Positions 24,726 through 37,582 are shown, counted from the whole stretch's first letter. The stretch: DNA of 63,860 nucleotides, filler included, from Lama guanicoe (GCA_013239625.1; 193 parts of 193 records of this genome joined end to end with filler, not necessarily neighbours in it), one strand, 5' to 3'. Notes: a model not told the origin generated them from the letters alone. Program-made: numbers and translations.

Positions 24726-25489
24726 NNNNNNNNNNNNNNNNNNNNNNNNNNNNNNNNNNNNNNNNNNNNTTAATTAATTAANNNNNNNNNNNNNNNNNNN
24801 NNNNNNNNNNNNNNNNNNNNNNNNNGTTTAGAATTCAGATTATTTCACTCGACTCAGAGGAAGAGCTCCCTCTGTGAGTGGGACTGGAGTGCAGAAAGGA
24901 TGAAGTTCTCTCTGGAGGGCAAACCCGGGTCCTTCCAACCCAAGCCGCCTGGGCAAGAAGGGCTGAGAACCAGTGGCGGCCTGGGGGCATCGAGGCTTCT
25001 AGCAAGGAGTGGGGAGATGTCGAAGAGATAATTAGCATCAGTATTATAAACAGCAGNNNNNNNNNNNNNNNNNNNNNNNNNNNNNNNNNNNNNNNNNNNN
25101 TTAATTAATTAANNNNNNNNNNNNNNNNNNNNNNNNNNNNNNNNNNNNNNNNNNNNTCTTTCTAAATCTACTTGTCCTCTTTATTTGCCCTTTATTTCTC
25201 CTGTAGCAGCTCTAGCCAAATTCAGAGAACACCCGCTTAGGGACACGTAGTCTGCCAGAATTTTTTGCACGAGGTCACTGCTGCCATCGTAACCAGTGTT
25301 TGCAACTCTAATAATTTGAAGACTAGAAATCCATTCCCACAAGTCCAGTGTCCTCAGCCAGCAAGATGAAATGTCAAATCCTATTATNNNNNNNNNNNNN
25401 NNNNNNNNNNNNNNNNNNNNNNNNNNNNNNNTTAATTAATTAANNNNNNNNNNNNNNNNNNNNNNNNNNNNNNNNNNNNNNNNNNNNTT

Positions 25490-25717
25490 CAATTTGCGAA
25501 GTTACATCCATTTCTTTTCCCAAAAAATACTGTTCTCTCCCCTCTTTCCTCAGCCACTACGGTATTTACCGATGGGTCATCCAATGGTATTGCTGCTTAT
25601 TTTATAAAAGACAAAACTGTATCTTGGCAAACTTCTCAAACTTCTGCCCAAATAGTAGAGTTGTTAGCCATTCAAGCTGCTTTAATAGCAGTTCAGCATG
25701 TGCCCTGTAATCTTTTT
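25490..25717 (+). mobile_element. pol: Betaretrovirus-like (class II ERV) pol fragment, connection/RNase H region, 76 codons with no stop
   Basis: QFAKLHPFLFPKNTVLSPLSSATTVFTDGSSNGIAAYFIKDKTVSWQTSQTSAQIVELLAIQAALIAVQHVPCNLF. The FTDGSS.G.AAY and SAQ.VEL.A motifs are those of MPMV/JSRV-type RNase H. Confidence 0.93.
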
Positions 25718-25818
25718 TNNNNNNNNNNNNNNNNNNNNNNNNNNNNNNNNNNNNNNNNNNNNTTAATTAATTAANNNNNNNNNNNNNNNNNNNNNNNNNN
25801 NNNNNNNNNNNNNNNNNN

Positions 25819-26049
25819 CAAACAGGCATTTCTCCAAAGATCTACGCATGAAAGATACACAAGGGCATTACTAATTAGGAAAATGCAAATCAAAACCACC
25901 GTAGGTCCTATACCTCACACTCCCTAAAATGGCTACAGCCAAAAAGATCTTTAAAAGTTGGAAAAAACTGGAGAAATTAAAACCCTCATCTATCACTAGT
26001 AGGGATGTAAAATGGTGCAGCCATTTTTAAAACAGTTTGCACATTCCAC
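25819..26049 (+). mobile_element. L1M ORF2 C-terminal fragment
   Basis: aacaggcatttctccaaaga...ctaattaggaaaatgcaaatcaaaaccac...gggatgtaaaatggtgcagcca. Confidence 0.88.
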
Positions 26050-28798
26050 NNNNNNNNNNNNNNNNNNNNNNNNNNNNNNNNNNNNNNNNNNNNTTAATTA
26101 ATTAANNNNNNNNNNNNNNNNNNNNNNNNNNNNNNNNNNNNNNNNNNNNTAACAGGATATAGTATGTTATTATTTATTAAATAACACATAACAGAAGGTA
26201 TACTAGCATATTATGTTCTGTTCATTAGCAGATCGTATATAATACATATGTAATGTTTATATACATAATATATAATTCATGCATCTATATAATATATAGC
26301 CCATAACAAATAATGTAAGATTATGATTAACATATAATATAACAAGATTACATAACAATAATGATGTAATTTTACCCATTNNNNNNNNNNNNNNNNNNNN
26401 NNNNNNNNNNNNNNNNNNNNNNNNTTAATTAATTAANNNNNNNNNNNNNNNNNNNNNNNNNNNNNNNNNNNNNNNNNNNNCCCAGGGGCACTTCCCCCTG
26501 TGCCCTGTACCTCCTCTGAGCCAGAGGCTTTGGTGTCCCAGGCTATGCCCCAGGGTGGTCCCAGGCTGATGGCATGTATTGTGATCCAGGCCCCAAGGGC
26601 AGAGGTGCTGGGTACATGGACCTGCCAAGGGGAGAATGTGGCCAAGCCTGGGGATGGGCAGCAGGCATTTGGCTGTGTGTATTGCCTGGGCTCAGCCCAG
26701 GTGGGTTCAGGNNNNNNNNNNNNNNNNNNNNNNNNNNNNNNNNNNNNNNNNNNNNTTAATTAATTAANNNNNNNNNNNNNNNNNNNNNNNNNNNNNNNNN
26801 NNNNNNNNNNNACCATAATCAGTGCGTGGGGGATCTTGCGAGACAACTCCACGCAGCTCTGTTCAGTCACAGGTGTTCCCTCTAAGGGGGAAGTCCGCGG
26901 AATACCTTCCCTGAACTTGGGGAGGCAGCCTCTATCACTGGGAATTACTGAAACCCCCACTAACATTCCTTGGCAGAGAGGAAATAGGAAAACAGTCAGG
27001 GCAGGCGAGCATAGGCATTCCTTTTGAACGTAAGCGCTGCCGNNNNNNNNNNNNNNNNNNNNNNNNNNNNNNNNNNNNNNNNNNNNTTAATTAATTAANN
27101 NNNNNNNNNNNNNNNNNNNNNNNNNNNNNNNNNNNNNNNNNNCAATTTACAGAATTACTGCTCACTCCTTGCTAACCTGGATAAAACTCTTGTGGCTGGA
27201 AGAGTCTCCCCGTGAACCCCTGGTTAGTAAAGCACATGTCAGTTACTTTTCAGATCTTGGCTCCTACCGACTGGTTATTGACAGTGACAGTTTTTCTTCC
27301 AGTTTCCCATTCCCGGCATTCTCTTGAAAACATAGGCATTCCCAGCTTCCGAGTCGCTGAGCCATCTGGGTTTNNNNNNNNNNNNNNNNNNNNNNNNNNN
27401 NNNNNNNNNNNNNNNNNTTAATTAATTAANNNNNNNNNNNNNNNNNNNNNNNNNNNNNNNNNNNNNNNNNNNNTTTTTTGCATGAGTCTCTTATGAATGT
27501 ATCACAGACAACTGGCCTTGGGATTACCTATAATGTCTGCGTGGAAAGAAAATCACAACATAGTGAATGAATTGTAAGTAGGATATAAATGGCGCATGCA
27601 ATGTTTTCAAAGTACGTTTTCAAAGTACAGAGATGGGGGCGTTCATTTCAGGTGTCTAAAAAAGGTATTTAAAATGTGCCTTGAAGGAAGGATAGGATGT
27701 CAATNNNNNNNNNNNNNNNNNNNNNNNNNNNNNNNNNNNNNNNNNNNNTTAATTAATTAANNNNNNNNNNNNNNNNNNNNNNNNNNNNNNNNNNNNNNNN
27801 NNNNCCAAACTGGAAACAGCACAAATATCCATTAATAGCTGAGTGCAAAAATATATTGTGCTCAATTCATAAGAGAACGCACTACTCAGAAATAAACTAG
27901 AACGAACAGCTGATACATAAACAACATGAATGACTCTTTAAAAACAAAAAGAAAAGTATTGCACTGGCAGAAGGAAACCTTCCACAAAACAGTACACTGT
28001 GGATGATTTCATTTACATGAGTTTCCAACAGTAGTNNNNNNNNNNNNNNNNNNNNNNNNNNNNNNNNNNNNNNNNNNNNTTAATTAATTAANNNNNNNNN
28101 NNNNNNNNNNNNNNNNNNNNNNNNNNNNNNNNNNNGAGGGGAGAGCTGGGGGAACCTCATACCCTTAGGAAACTGGCCCTCTGGTTTTAGTTGCTGTCAA
28201 CTGCTTTTCTCTGGGTTTTGCATGTGACACATGCTCTTTGTACAAATTGGAGTATTTAAAAATGATGAAAAAATAAAAAGCAAGAAATAGGGCCCACGTG
28301 CTCACAGGACCCATGCTGGCCATCGTGGGTGGTTATGCTGCGGCTGCAGATCCATTTTGTCTGGCCNNNNNNNNNNNNNNNNNNNNNNNNNNNNNNNNNN
28401 NNNNNNNNNNTTAATTAATTAANNNNNNNNNNNNNNNNNNNNNNNNNNNNNNNNNNNNNNNNNNNNTGGGACTTTTGGATTTTCTGGTATCACTTGGATT
28501 AATAAGCTACTGATACTAGCAAACCTTCACAGACTGCTCTGTTCTCTGCACGTTGTGACTGGCAAACCCTTTCCCTTGATCTGTAGCCTTTCCCCTTTCT
28601 CCCCAGGTCCTTTCTACTCTCCCTGCAGTCACTTCCTCCGAGGAATAGTGACATTCACAGAGAGCAAAAGGAATAGAAGAACTACGATTATTTCATTNNN
28701 NNNNNNNNNNNNNNNNNNNNNNNNNNNNNNNNNNNNNNNNNTTAATTAATTAANNNNNNNNNNNNNNNNNNNNNNNNNNNNNNNNNNNNNNNNNNNNC

Positions 28799-29028
28799 CC
28801 CGAGCTGTACGCCGAGCTGCACGCCAAGAGCACACCAAGCGGCTTCACCCTGGACGATGTCATCCAAACAGGCGAGGACAACCCAGGCCACCCCTATATC
28901 ATGACTGTGGGCTGCGTGGCTGGCGACGAAAAGTCGTACGACGTGTTCAAGGAGCTCTTTGACCCCATCATTGAGGACTGGCACGGCGGCTACAAACCCA
29001 GCGACGAGCACAAGACCGACCTCAACCC
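28799..29028 (+). pseudogene. CKB: Creatine kinase B processed retrocopy (partial)
   Basis: [76 protein letters not shown]. It reads through the NPG/HP position where the CKB gene has an intron, and conserved residues are changed (R>H, V>E, E>K, R>W). Confidence 0.88.
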
Positions 29029-31529
29029 NNNNNNNNNNNNNNNNNNNNNNNNNNNNNNNNNNNNNNNNNNNNTTAATTAATTAANNNNNNNNNNNNNNNN
29101 NNNNNNNNNNNNNNNNNNNNNNNNNNNNCACTTGGGACACACAAAATTACTACCAAAGAGATTGAATTAATAATTCTCGAGGGATGTTTCCCTCAAACGA
29201 GGATGTTGTGGTGAACTGTTCCTTTCTGCTCCCTGGATATGAGCCATTGGAACTGGCACCCCCCTCCCCGGAATGGAAATGGAAACACACCAATGAACTC
29301 CTTCTGGTCCGGGGTCACCAACCCGGGGTCCCACAACCTCATGCCTTAACACAGTTAAGNNNNNNNNNNNNNNNNNNNNNNNNNNNNNNNNNNNNNNNNN
29401 NNNTTAATTAATTAANNNNNNNNNNNNNNNNNNNNNNNNNNNNNNNNNNNNNNNNNNNNTGGATCACATCTATTGAACAGACATGTATCAATGATGAAAT
29501 TATCCATAGAGAAGCCTCTTGCCAATCTTCCATTTTTAAATTTGCTCTTCAGAGGCGACCAAATGCAGTATATGGATTACCTCATTTCTTATTAAAATAA
29601 TTTCTTGAAATAGGTGTCAACATTTCTGAAATAGATGATTTCACAATGAGGTGTTTTGGGCAAGAAATGCATACTACTATTTATACTTTANNNNNNNNNN
29701 NNNNNNNNNNNNNNNNNNNNNNNNNNNNNNNNNNTTAATTAATTAANNNNNNNNNNNNNNNNNNNNNNNNNNNNNNNNNNNNNNNNNNNNGCTCGGCTGG
29801 CAGACACAGCACAGGGTGCCACGGGCAGGAAGGCACAGAATGTGAGTGGGACAGACTGTCAGCATCCTGATATCCCACCAAGAACAAGCTGGGGTTTGTT
29901 CGCCTTGAAGCACCTGCCTCGCTGTCTCCCCAGCACCTCTGAGTGATGCCTTAAGGCTCTGATGTGCTCCCAGTAGTTACTGAGTCTTGGTTTGTGCTGA
30001 GCCCTGGGAAAGAGCCTCAGGNNNNNNNNNNNNNNNNNNNNNNNNNNNNNNNNNNNNNNNNNNNNTTAATTAATTAANNNNNNNNNNNNNNNNNNNNNNN
30101 NNNNNNNNNNNNNNNNNNNNNGAGTCCCAGGCCAACTGAATCAACCGTTTCTAATAAAGCTCTGAGAGTTTTTCTTTGCTGTTTACTCCGCTACATCTTC
30201 CACCTTTGCCTGAATACAGAAACCTGGTCACTGCCACCTGTGAATTATAGCAATCTCACCAGAGGATAATACTTGCCAGCCTCGAGACGTGGAGGAGAGG
30301 GTGCCAGAACCATTAGTTGCAGAGGAATAAAAATTGCTCATTCATAATTTTGNNNNNNNNNNNNNNNNNNNNNNNNNNNNNNNNNNNNNNNNNNNNTTAA
30401 TTAATTAANNNNNNNNNNNNNNNNNNNNNNNNNNNNNNNNNNNNNNNNNNNNACCTTAGGCAGCATGCTGTCCCTCTCTGGGCCTCAGACTCCTAGTAGG
30501 GTGACACAGGATGGTCGCCAAGACCCTCCCCAGCCCTCAACCCCAGGGAATGGGGACTCCATCAAGGTGAGCCCCCTTCAGCCAACTGGTGGGTGAGGAG
30601 GTGGACCCTAGAACACAATCAGAGCCCAGCACAGGGCTGGGCATGCAGTTGGTACTCAATGCGTATTTGTGGAATGGACCTGANNNNNNNNNNNNNNNNN
30701 NNNNNNNNNNNNNNNNNNNNNNNNNNNTTAATTAATTAANNNNNNNNNNNNNNNNNNNNNNNNNNNNNNNNNNNNNNNNNNNNCGATATGGGTGAAATGA
30801 TCCTTTTCGAAGGTCAACCAGGCAGTGGTGTCAGGGATGCTACCTGGGCTGCCTGGCTGCAGGAAGGAACCATCATCAGGAGGCGCTGTAGTAGCTGCTT
30901 CCTCTGTATTATCTCACTGCAAGTCCACACTCCACCCTTGGGATCTATTTTATTATTCCAATTTTGTGGATAGGATGACTAAGGGAGGGTAAATGATCTG
31001 CATGAAAGTCAACTNNNNNNNNNNNNNNNNNNNNNNNNNNNNNNNNNNNNNNNNNNNNTTAATTAATTAANNNNNNNNNNNNNNNNNNNNNNNNNNNNNN
31101 NNNNNNNNNNNNNNACTCAGGTATAATGGTGGAGGGAACAGTGGTTATTCTGGAATTTCTCTATAGGTGGGGCCTAGGGCTAACAGTCTGGTTGGAAGAA
31201 GGGCTTAGGGGATTTACCATGAAACCACATTTTAAATTAAGATTTCATGTTGTTTTTGCCTACTATTTGAAGTTACGAGTTTTAAAACAGAATAACGATT
31301 TCTAAAAATTACCGAAGATTGAGAAAAATGGCAGTTTTCCATATTNNNNNNNNNNNNNNNNNNNNNNNNNNNNNNNNNNNNNNNNNNNNTTAATTAATTA
31401 ANNNNNNNNNNNNNNNNNNNNNNNNNNNNNNNNNNNNNNNNNNNNCCATCTAGCTCTTCCTGAAGCATTTAAATTTGTGACTTTGTAATTTATCTGGCTT
31501 TTGTAGATATAAGCTATCAGGAAGAAATG

Positions 31530-31676
31530 TTTTCTTTATTTAAGTATAGTTGATTTACATTGTTGTGCTAATTTCTGGTGTACAGTACGGTGATTCATTT
31601 ACATATATATATATTTGGGAGCTCAGAATTTGCATATACTAACTACTATATATAAAATAGATAAATAACAAGGTCC
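31530..31676. mobile_element. Short L1 3' insertion with internal inversion (junction ~31614)
   Basis: 31530-31614 is an antisense L1 3' terminus (taagtatagttgatttaca...tttctggtgtacag). 31615-31676 is sense upstream 3' UTR (ttgggag...actaactactatatataaaatagataaataacaaggtcc). Confidence 0.7.
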
Positions 31677-33431
31677 NNNNNNNNNNNNNNNNNNNNNNNN
31701 NNNNNNNNNNNNNNNNNNNNTTAATTAATTAANNNNNNNNNNNNNNNNNNNNNNNNNNNNNNNNNNNNNNNNNNNNAGAATTCCTTCCCTGTAGTTAGGA
31801 TAAAATTTTTTTTGCAAAAACTTGGGTACCTTCTATATATACACATATGTGTACCTATGTTTATATACATATATATGCATATATACATACCTACATACAG
31901 TGATATACATATACATGTATGTATTGGTACTGGATTACAACATGAAGTCTATTTCTTCCTGTAGATAATGGTAAAAAAAATGAAAGCTTCTGTTCTAGGG
32001 AATACTGNNNNNNNNNNNNNNNNNNNNNNNNNNNNNNNNNNNNNNNNNNNNTTAATTAATTAANNNNNNNNNNNNNNNNNNNNNNNNNNNNNNNNNNNNN
32101 NNNNNNNCTGGGAAGTTCTTCTGTCAAGGATTATAAAAATGTCTTCTATAGTTTCTCCTTCTTTTCATTTCCATCCCTGATCTGTATAAATTGCGTCTGT
32201 TGTGAAGAGTGAGATGAAGACATGGGTTGGAATCCTGGTCTGTCTGACCGTTCAGCAACACTTCCAACCCAACCCTGCCTCCTCTGACAACGAATTCCTC
32301 CTGCCTCCCTCCCTCCTCTGCAGGGAGGAACCCCAGACNNNNNNNNNNNNNNNNNNNNNNNNNNNNNNNNNNNNNNNNNNNNTTAATTAATTAANNNNNN
32401 NNNNNNNNNNNNNNNNNNNNNNNNNNNNNNNNNNNNNNTAGGCCATCTCTCAAAAAGGACTCTCTTAAAGAGAAAACAAACAAATAAACACCTATCAAAT
32501 ATGTAGGTCAAGCCTTGCCTTAGCTAGTGACCTCACTATCTGTCTATACCTCTGTGGTCTCTCTCACAGGAAATGATTTTTAACTGTATTTTAAGTAAAA
32601 AGACCTCAGGCATATTTGTCACTTGGTTCCTTTCATGACCGGTCCCAGTCAGCTCAGATATCATGTTTGNNNNNNNNNNNNNNNNNNNNNNNNNNNNNNN
32701 NNNNNNNNNNNNNTTAATTAATTAANNNNNNNNNNNNNNNNNNNNNNNNNNNNNNNNNNNNNNNNNNNNACAGATAGATGCAAATCACAATGCTGCTCAT
32801 GCTCAAAAAGAGTGCCAAATATCGATTTAAGATGCAGGCTTTTATGAAAGTGTGTGCTGTTGTTGCATGAATATTTATTTCAATATTAAGAGCCGTTTGT
32901 GTGGTACTCTGCTCCCAGCAACGAGAATCTTCTTTAAGAAAAAAAAAAAGTCAAATTCCCTGTCTTTGAGAAGTGGTAAATCCTCTTCATTCAAAATCAA
33001 NNNNNNNNNNNNNNNNNNNNNNNNNNNNNNNNNNNNNNNNNNNNTTAATTAATTAANNNNNNNNNNNNNNNNNNNNNNNNNNNNNNNNNNNNNNNNNNNN
33101 TGAGCTTCATTCTCTTTGGGAACATTTACCTCTTGAGGCCTTAATGGTTTAACTAAAACCTCCTGAAGTCCTCCCTAGCCCCTGGGAACCTGAAGTGCCT
33201 ACTTCCTCAGGGGCCTCTGAAGGCTGAGACAGAGCCCCCTGCTAAAGGGGAGGTGGCTCTATCTCTTCCGTGGTCTCTAGATGCTGAGCCTGGGCCTCTG
33301 CTGGGGTAGAAAAGGTTCAACCTTCTCAGGGNNNNNNNNNNNNNNNNNNNNNNNNNNNNNNNNNNNNNNNNNNNNTTAATTAATTAANNNNNNNNNNNNN
33401 NNNNNNNNNNNNNNNNNNNNNNNNNNNNNNN

Positions 33432-33662
33432 GTTGAGAGGCAATGGGTATTTGAGTCTGGAATACAGGAGGGAGGTCTGGTTTGGAAATAGCAGTTTGGA
33501 AGTTATGAACTTGTAGATAATACATAAAGCCCTAAGGCTGATGTGGGCGGCAGCAGACAGTAGCAGAGGCCAGAAGACTGAGCCTCGGGGTGCTGTGTGC
33601 CAGCACTCAGGGACTGGGACTGAGAAGACTGGCCAGGGCCGTGGGAGGAAACCAGAGCAGCC
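33432..33662 (-). mobile_element. L2 LINE fragment
   Basis: gagtctggaatacaggagggaggtctggtttggaaata...tttggaagt...taaagcc...aagactgagcct is a typical antisense L2 pattern. Confidence 0.6.
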
Positions 33663-33762
33663 NNNNNNNNNNNNNNNNNNNNNNNNNNNNNNNNNNNNNN
33701 NNNNNNTTAATTAATTAANNNNNNNNNNNNNNNNNNNNNNNNNNNNNNNNNNNNNNNNNNNN

Positions 33763-33993
33763 ACGCCTTAAAAAGGAATGAAGTACTGCTCCATGCTGCA
33801 GCACGGATGGATCTCAAAAATACTCTGCTAAGTAGGAGGAGACAGTCACAAAAGACCACATGTTGTAGGCTTCTTTTCACACGGGGTGTCCGGAACAGGC
33901 AAATCTACAGAGACGGAAAGTGGATCCCCTGCCTAGGGCCTGGAGAGAGACGCAGAGCCTGGGGAAGTGGGGGCTGACCGCCAGATGTGACAG
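33763..33993 (+). mobile_element. L1MB-type 3' UTR fragment
   Basis: aaaaggaatgaagtactg...catgctgcagcacggatggatctcaaaaa...aaaagaccacatgttgt...aggcaaatctacagagacggaaagtggat. Confidence 0.85.
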
Positions 33994-34093
33994 NNNNNNN
34001 NNNNNNNNNNNNNNNNNNNNNNNNNNNNNNNNNNNNNTTAATTAATTAANNNNNNNNNNNNNNNNNNNNNNNNNNNNNNNNNNNNNNNNNNNN

Positions 34094-34324
34094 CAGCTGG
34101 AACGTGGGAGCAGCCACGGGTCCGTCACTGGACGAACGGAGACGCAAACTGGGACCCAGTCACACAAAGGCGTATCGTTTAGTCATTGAAAGGCAGGAGC
34201 TGCCGGCACGCGCTGCGGCCCCAGTGCCCTGCAGGGCGTCACAGGACGCGAAGAAGGCACCTGCTGCCTGATTCCGCTTAGAGGAGGAGCTCAGACTCGC
34301 TGGACGCGCAGGGAGCGAAGTGGA
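34094..34324 (+). mobile_element. L1M 3' fragment, strongly GC-shifted
   Basis: Colinear with the L1MB consensus (gtccgtcactggacgaacggagacgcaaact vs gtccatcaacagatgaatggataaacaaaat; cacgcgctgcggc vs cacatgctacaac; tgattccgctta vs tgattccactta). Confidence 0.65.
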
Positions 34325-35749
34325 NNNNNNNNNNNNNNNNNNNNNNNNNNNNNNNNNNNNNNNNNNNNTTAATTAATTAANNNNNNNNNNNNNNNNNNNN
34401 NNNNNNNNNNNNNNNNNNNNNNNNTAGAAACAGGAACAGTACATATATGTAAATTTTAAAATGGTTTTCTCTCTTAATGAGTTGCTCTTCCTAGAATAAA
34501 CTTTGTTTACAAAAAAAAAAAGAGAAAACATCTATAGAATATTCACAAAAAGATACGAGAAGGGAATCAAATATGTGACTACAAAAAAATTGAACACCAA
34601 GGCAGGCAGGAAGTGAGGGATAAAAAGCTTTAAGAGACGGCAGAGAAAATACTGTNNNNNNNNNNNNNNNNNNNNNNNNNNNNNNNNNNNNNNNNNNNNT
34701 TAATTAATTAANNNNNNNNNNNNNNNNNNNNNNNNNNNNNNNNNNNNNNNNNNNNCAGTATCTGAAAACACAAAGTGGATGATGGCATATCACATCCACA
34801 GTCTGCATGTCACTCTGAGTGAAGGTCAGAGTCCCGGCAATGGCCTGTGGGTTCTATACAATGTATCCTTCCCTGTCTCCCACCTTCCTCCCTAACTTTA
34901 CCTCCCATTACTCTTGAGTCTTATTGCCATCTGTTACTGCTCCCAGATGTCAGACATACTCCTGCCTCAGGGCCTTTGCACTTGCTNNNNNNNNNNNNNN
35001 NNNNNNNNNNNNNNNNNNNNNNNNNNNNNNTTAATTAATTAANNNNNNNNNNNNNNNNNNNNNNNNNNNNNNNNNNNNNNNNNNNNACTATTACTCAATT
35101 TATTTTCAGAGGTTCTCCATTAAAGAAACTATAATTTCATTTCAGCATTAAAGTTTGTATTAAAATAATTTGTCTTGAAGATATTAATTTTGAGGAGATT
35201 TTATGAAGACAAATTATGACTATAAAAGTCTAGGTTTTCTTTTGGAGGGAATCACTATGTTATTACAAATACTTAGTAATTACAAACAGATGGCTAAATT
35301 GCAATTCTATGAAAGGGNNNNNNNNNNNNNNNNNNNNNNNNNNNNNNNNNNNNNNNNNNNNTTAATTAATTAANNNNNNNNNNNNNNNNNNNNNNNNNNN
35401 NNNNNNNNNNNNNNNNNCAGAGATCAAAAATAAATTTTAAACGTGTATACACGTGCTAAGGGGTAGCTATACTTGGGACACTATTCCCCCTACAGCTATC
35501 CATAAATGAGTCTCCACTATGCTAAGCATTCAGGGAAAAGAAAATACTTTTTTGGAGCAATAAGCAGGCTTTCTTTGCAACAGGCCAAAAGGTACATAGG
35601 AAAAATCCAAGCATCCGAAATTAAAAACTGACGAAATGAAACTTGGTAANNNNNNNNNNNNNNNNNNNNNNNNNNNNNNNNNNNNNNNNNNNNTTAATTA
35701 ATTAANNNNNNNNNNNNNNNNNNNNNNNNNNNNNNNNNNNNNNNNNNNN

Positions 35750-35980
35750 TTCCAGAGTGAGGCATGGTAAAGTGAAGGCAAGTTCATCGAGAGAGATGCA
35801 CCGTCCATGGACACAGCACGGGCCACCCCAGAAAGGTGAGAGGGAGAGACACCACAGGGTGCGGGGTTGTTCGGTCATATGGGCTTGGTAATCTCATATG
35901 CTAACGAGCAGGAGGATTATACCAGCAACTTTGGAGAAGCACCAGGGATTTCCAGGAATCAGGTCCCCACCCACTCTTGG
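35750..35980 (-). mobile_element. ERV1-type LTR fragment
   Basis: ggtaatctcatatgctaacgagcaggaggattat...gggatttccaggaatcagg...cccactcttgg resembles the antisense U3/R of ungulate ERV1 LTRs. Confidence 0.55.
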
Positions 35981-37459
35981 NNNNNNNNNNNNNNNNNNNN
36001 NNNNNNNNNNNNNNNNNNNNNNNNTTAATTAATTAANNNNNNNNNNNNNNNNNNNNNNNNNNNNNNNNNNNNNNNNNNNNTGTGTGGTGTGGCTGTGAGC
36101 CCCCAAAAGGAAAAGAGGGGCAGAACAGTCCTTAAATAAGAACCAGCACAAGACTCCAATAAATGAGGCCAACTCTGGGGGGCTAGGAGAGCAAACCCGG
36201 ACGAACACATGTCCCTCCATGTGGCCGCCAGATGGGAGCAGTGATCTGTGTGGCCACTGTGCCGGAGCCTGGCCCTCCTGTGGCTCTGGGCCGTCCCCTG
36301 CCCGAGCCCCTCNNNNNNNNNNNNNNNNNNNNNNNNNNNNNNNNNNNNNNNNNNNNTTAATTAATTAANNNNNNNNNNNNNNNNNNNNNNNNNNNNNNNN
36401 NNNNNNNNNNNNGTGACTACTGTTGCCTCTACCGAAAATACACTTCACCTTTCTTCACCTTTCTTCACCTTATCCATTGGCTCATTAATGTGTCTCAGAT
36501 TCCAGGGCTCTAGAGAGCTCTCTTAGGGGATGGAATGGACAGGTGGGAAGAAAATAAATATGGATATGACTCACATATGGCCCTATCAAATCAAACTCCA
36601 TCTGGTAAGTTTAACTTTTGTTGGTTTTCATATTGAGATTCCTNNNNNNNNNNNNNNNNNNNNNNNNNNNNNNNNNNNNNNNNNNNNTTAATTAATTAAN
36701 NNNNNNNNNNNNNNNNNNNNNNNNNNNNNNNNNNNNNNNNNNNAATATGCTGTAATTTGCCTACACAAATGAAAAATAATAGTAAATAGATATATAAATA
36801 AGTAAATAATAGAGACAAATTACTCCTTTTAATGCCTGTATTCATTAGCTGATTTATATTTGCTGATATTAGCATTTTACTGTATTTTTTAAATGGTGAT
36901 TTTAGCTTTTTCATAATTTTTAATATATATTTAAATATAAAACTATGATCTCTGTAGAAATTTCCATGGAGTCCTNNNNNNNNNNNNNNNNNNNNNNNNN
37001 NNNNNNNNNNNNNNNNNNNTTAATTAATTAANNNNNNNNNNNNNNNNNNNNNNNNNNNNNNNNNNNNNNNNNNNNGCAGAGCCAGCGTTGGGTGCTGAAG
37101 CTTGCAGTGACATCTTAGAAGGCATGTCCTCCTTGGTGCCAGTAGGTAGTGATGAGGGTTAGGTAGCATGACGTTGTTGAACTCGAGCTTTCCCATATAC
37201 ATTTAAATTATCCTCCCACTGCCCCATCAGGGAGGGGGAGGGTACTCCATTTCACAGTCCTTAGGTGGGTTGCTCAAGGTGGTTCATTCCTTCGACAAAC
37301 ACAGTCANNNNNNNNNNNNNNNNNNNNNNNNNNNNNNNNNNNNNNNNNNNNTTAATTAATTAANNNNNNNNNNNNNNNNNNNNNNNNNNNNNNNNNNNNN
37401 NNNNNNNAGTCTTGATATTCCAGAGAGAATATTTAAATTATTTGAGGTAGACAGCTTAC

Positions 37460-37582
37460 CCCGTGGGACCAACTTGCTGTTCTCCATCACCACATCCCAG
37501 TACAACTCCCTCAGAGCAGAACCCGATATTCCCATTCCTCTTGAGAGAAGTCTAGGGCTGCTTTCCTGAATGTTACCCATCC
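37460..37582 (-). pseudogene. KRAB-A box exon of a KRAB zinc-finger gene, frameshifted
   Basis: Acceptor tttgtgcttttag and donor gtaag flank a 123-nt exon (canonical 127). It reads GWVTFRKAALDFSQEEWEY, then a 1-nt deletion, then GSALRELYWDVVMEN-SKLVPRG. Confidence 0.85.

Noticed and set aside
29129..29359. Possible retroviral env fragment
   Set aside because: No diagnostic env motif (CXXC, furin site, immunosuppressive domain) is visible.
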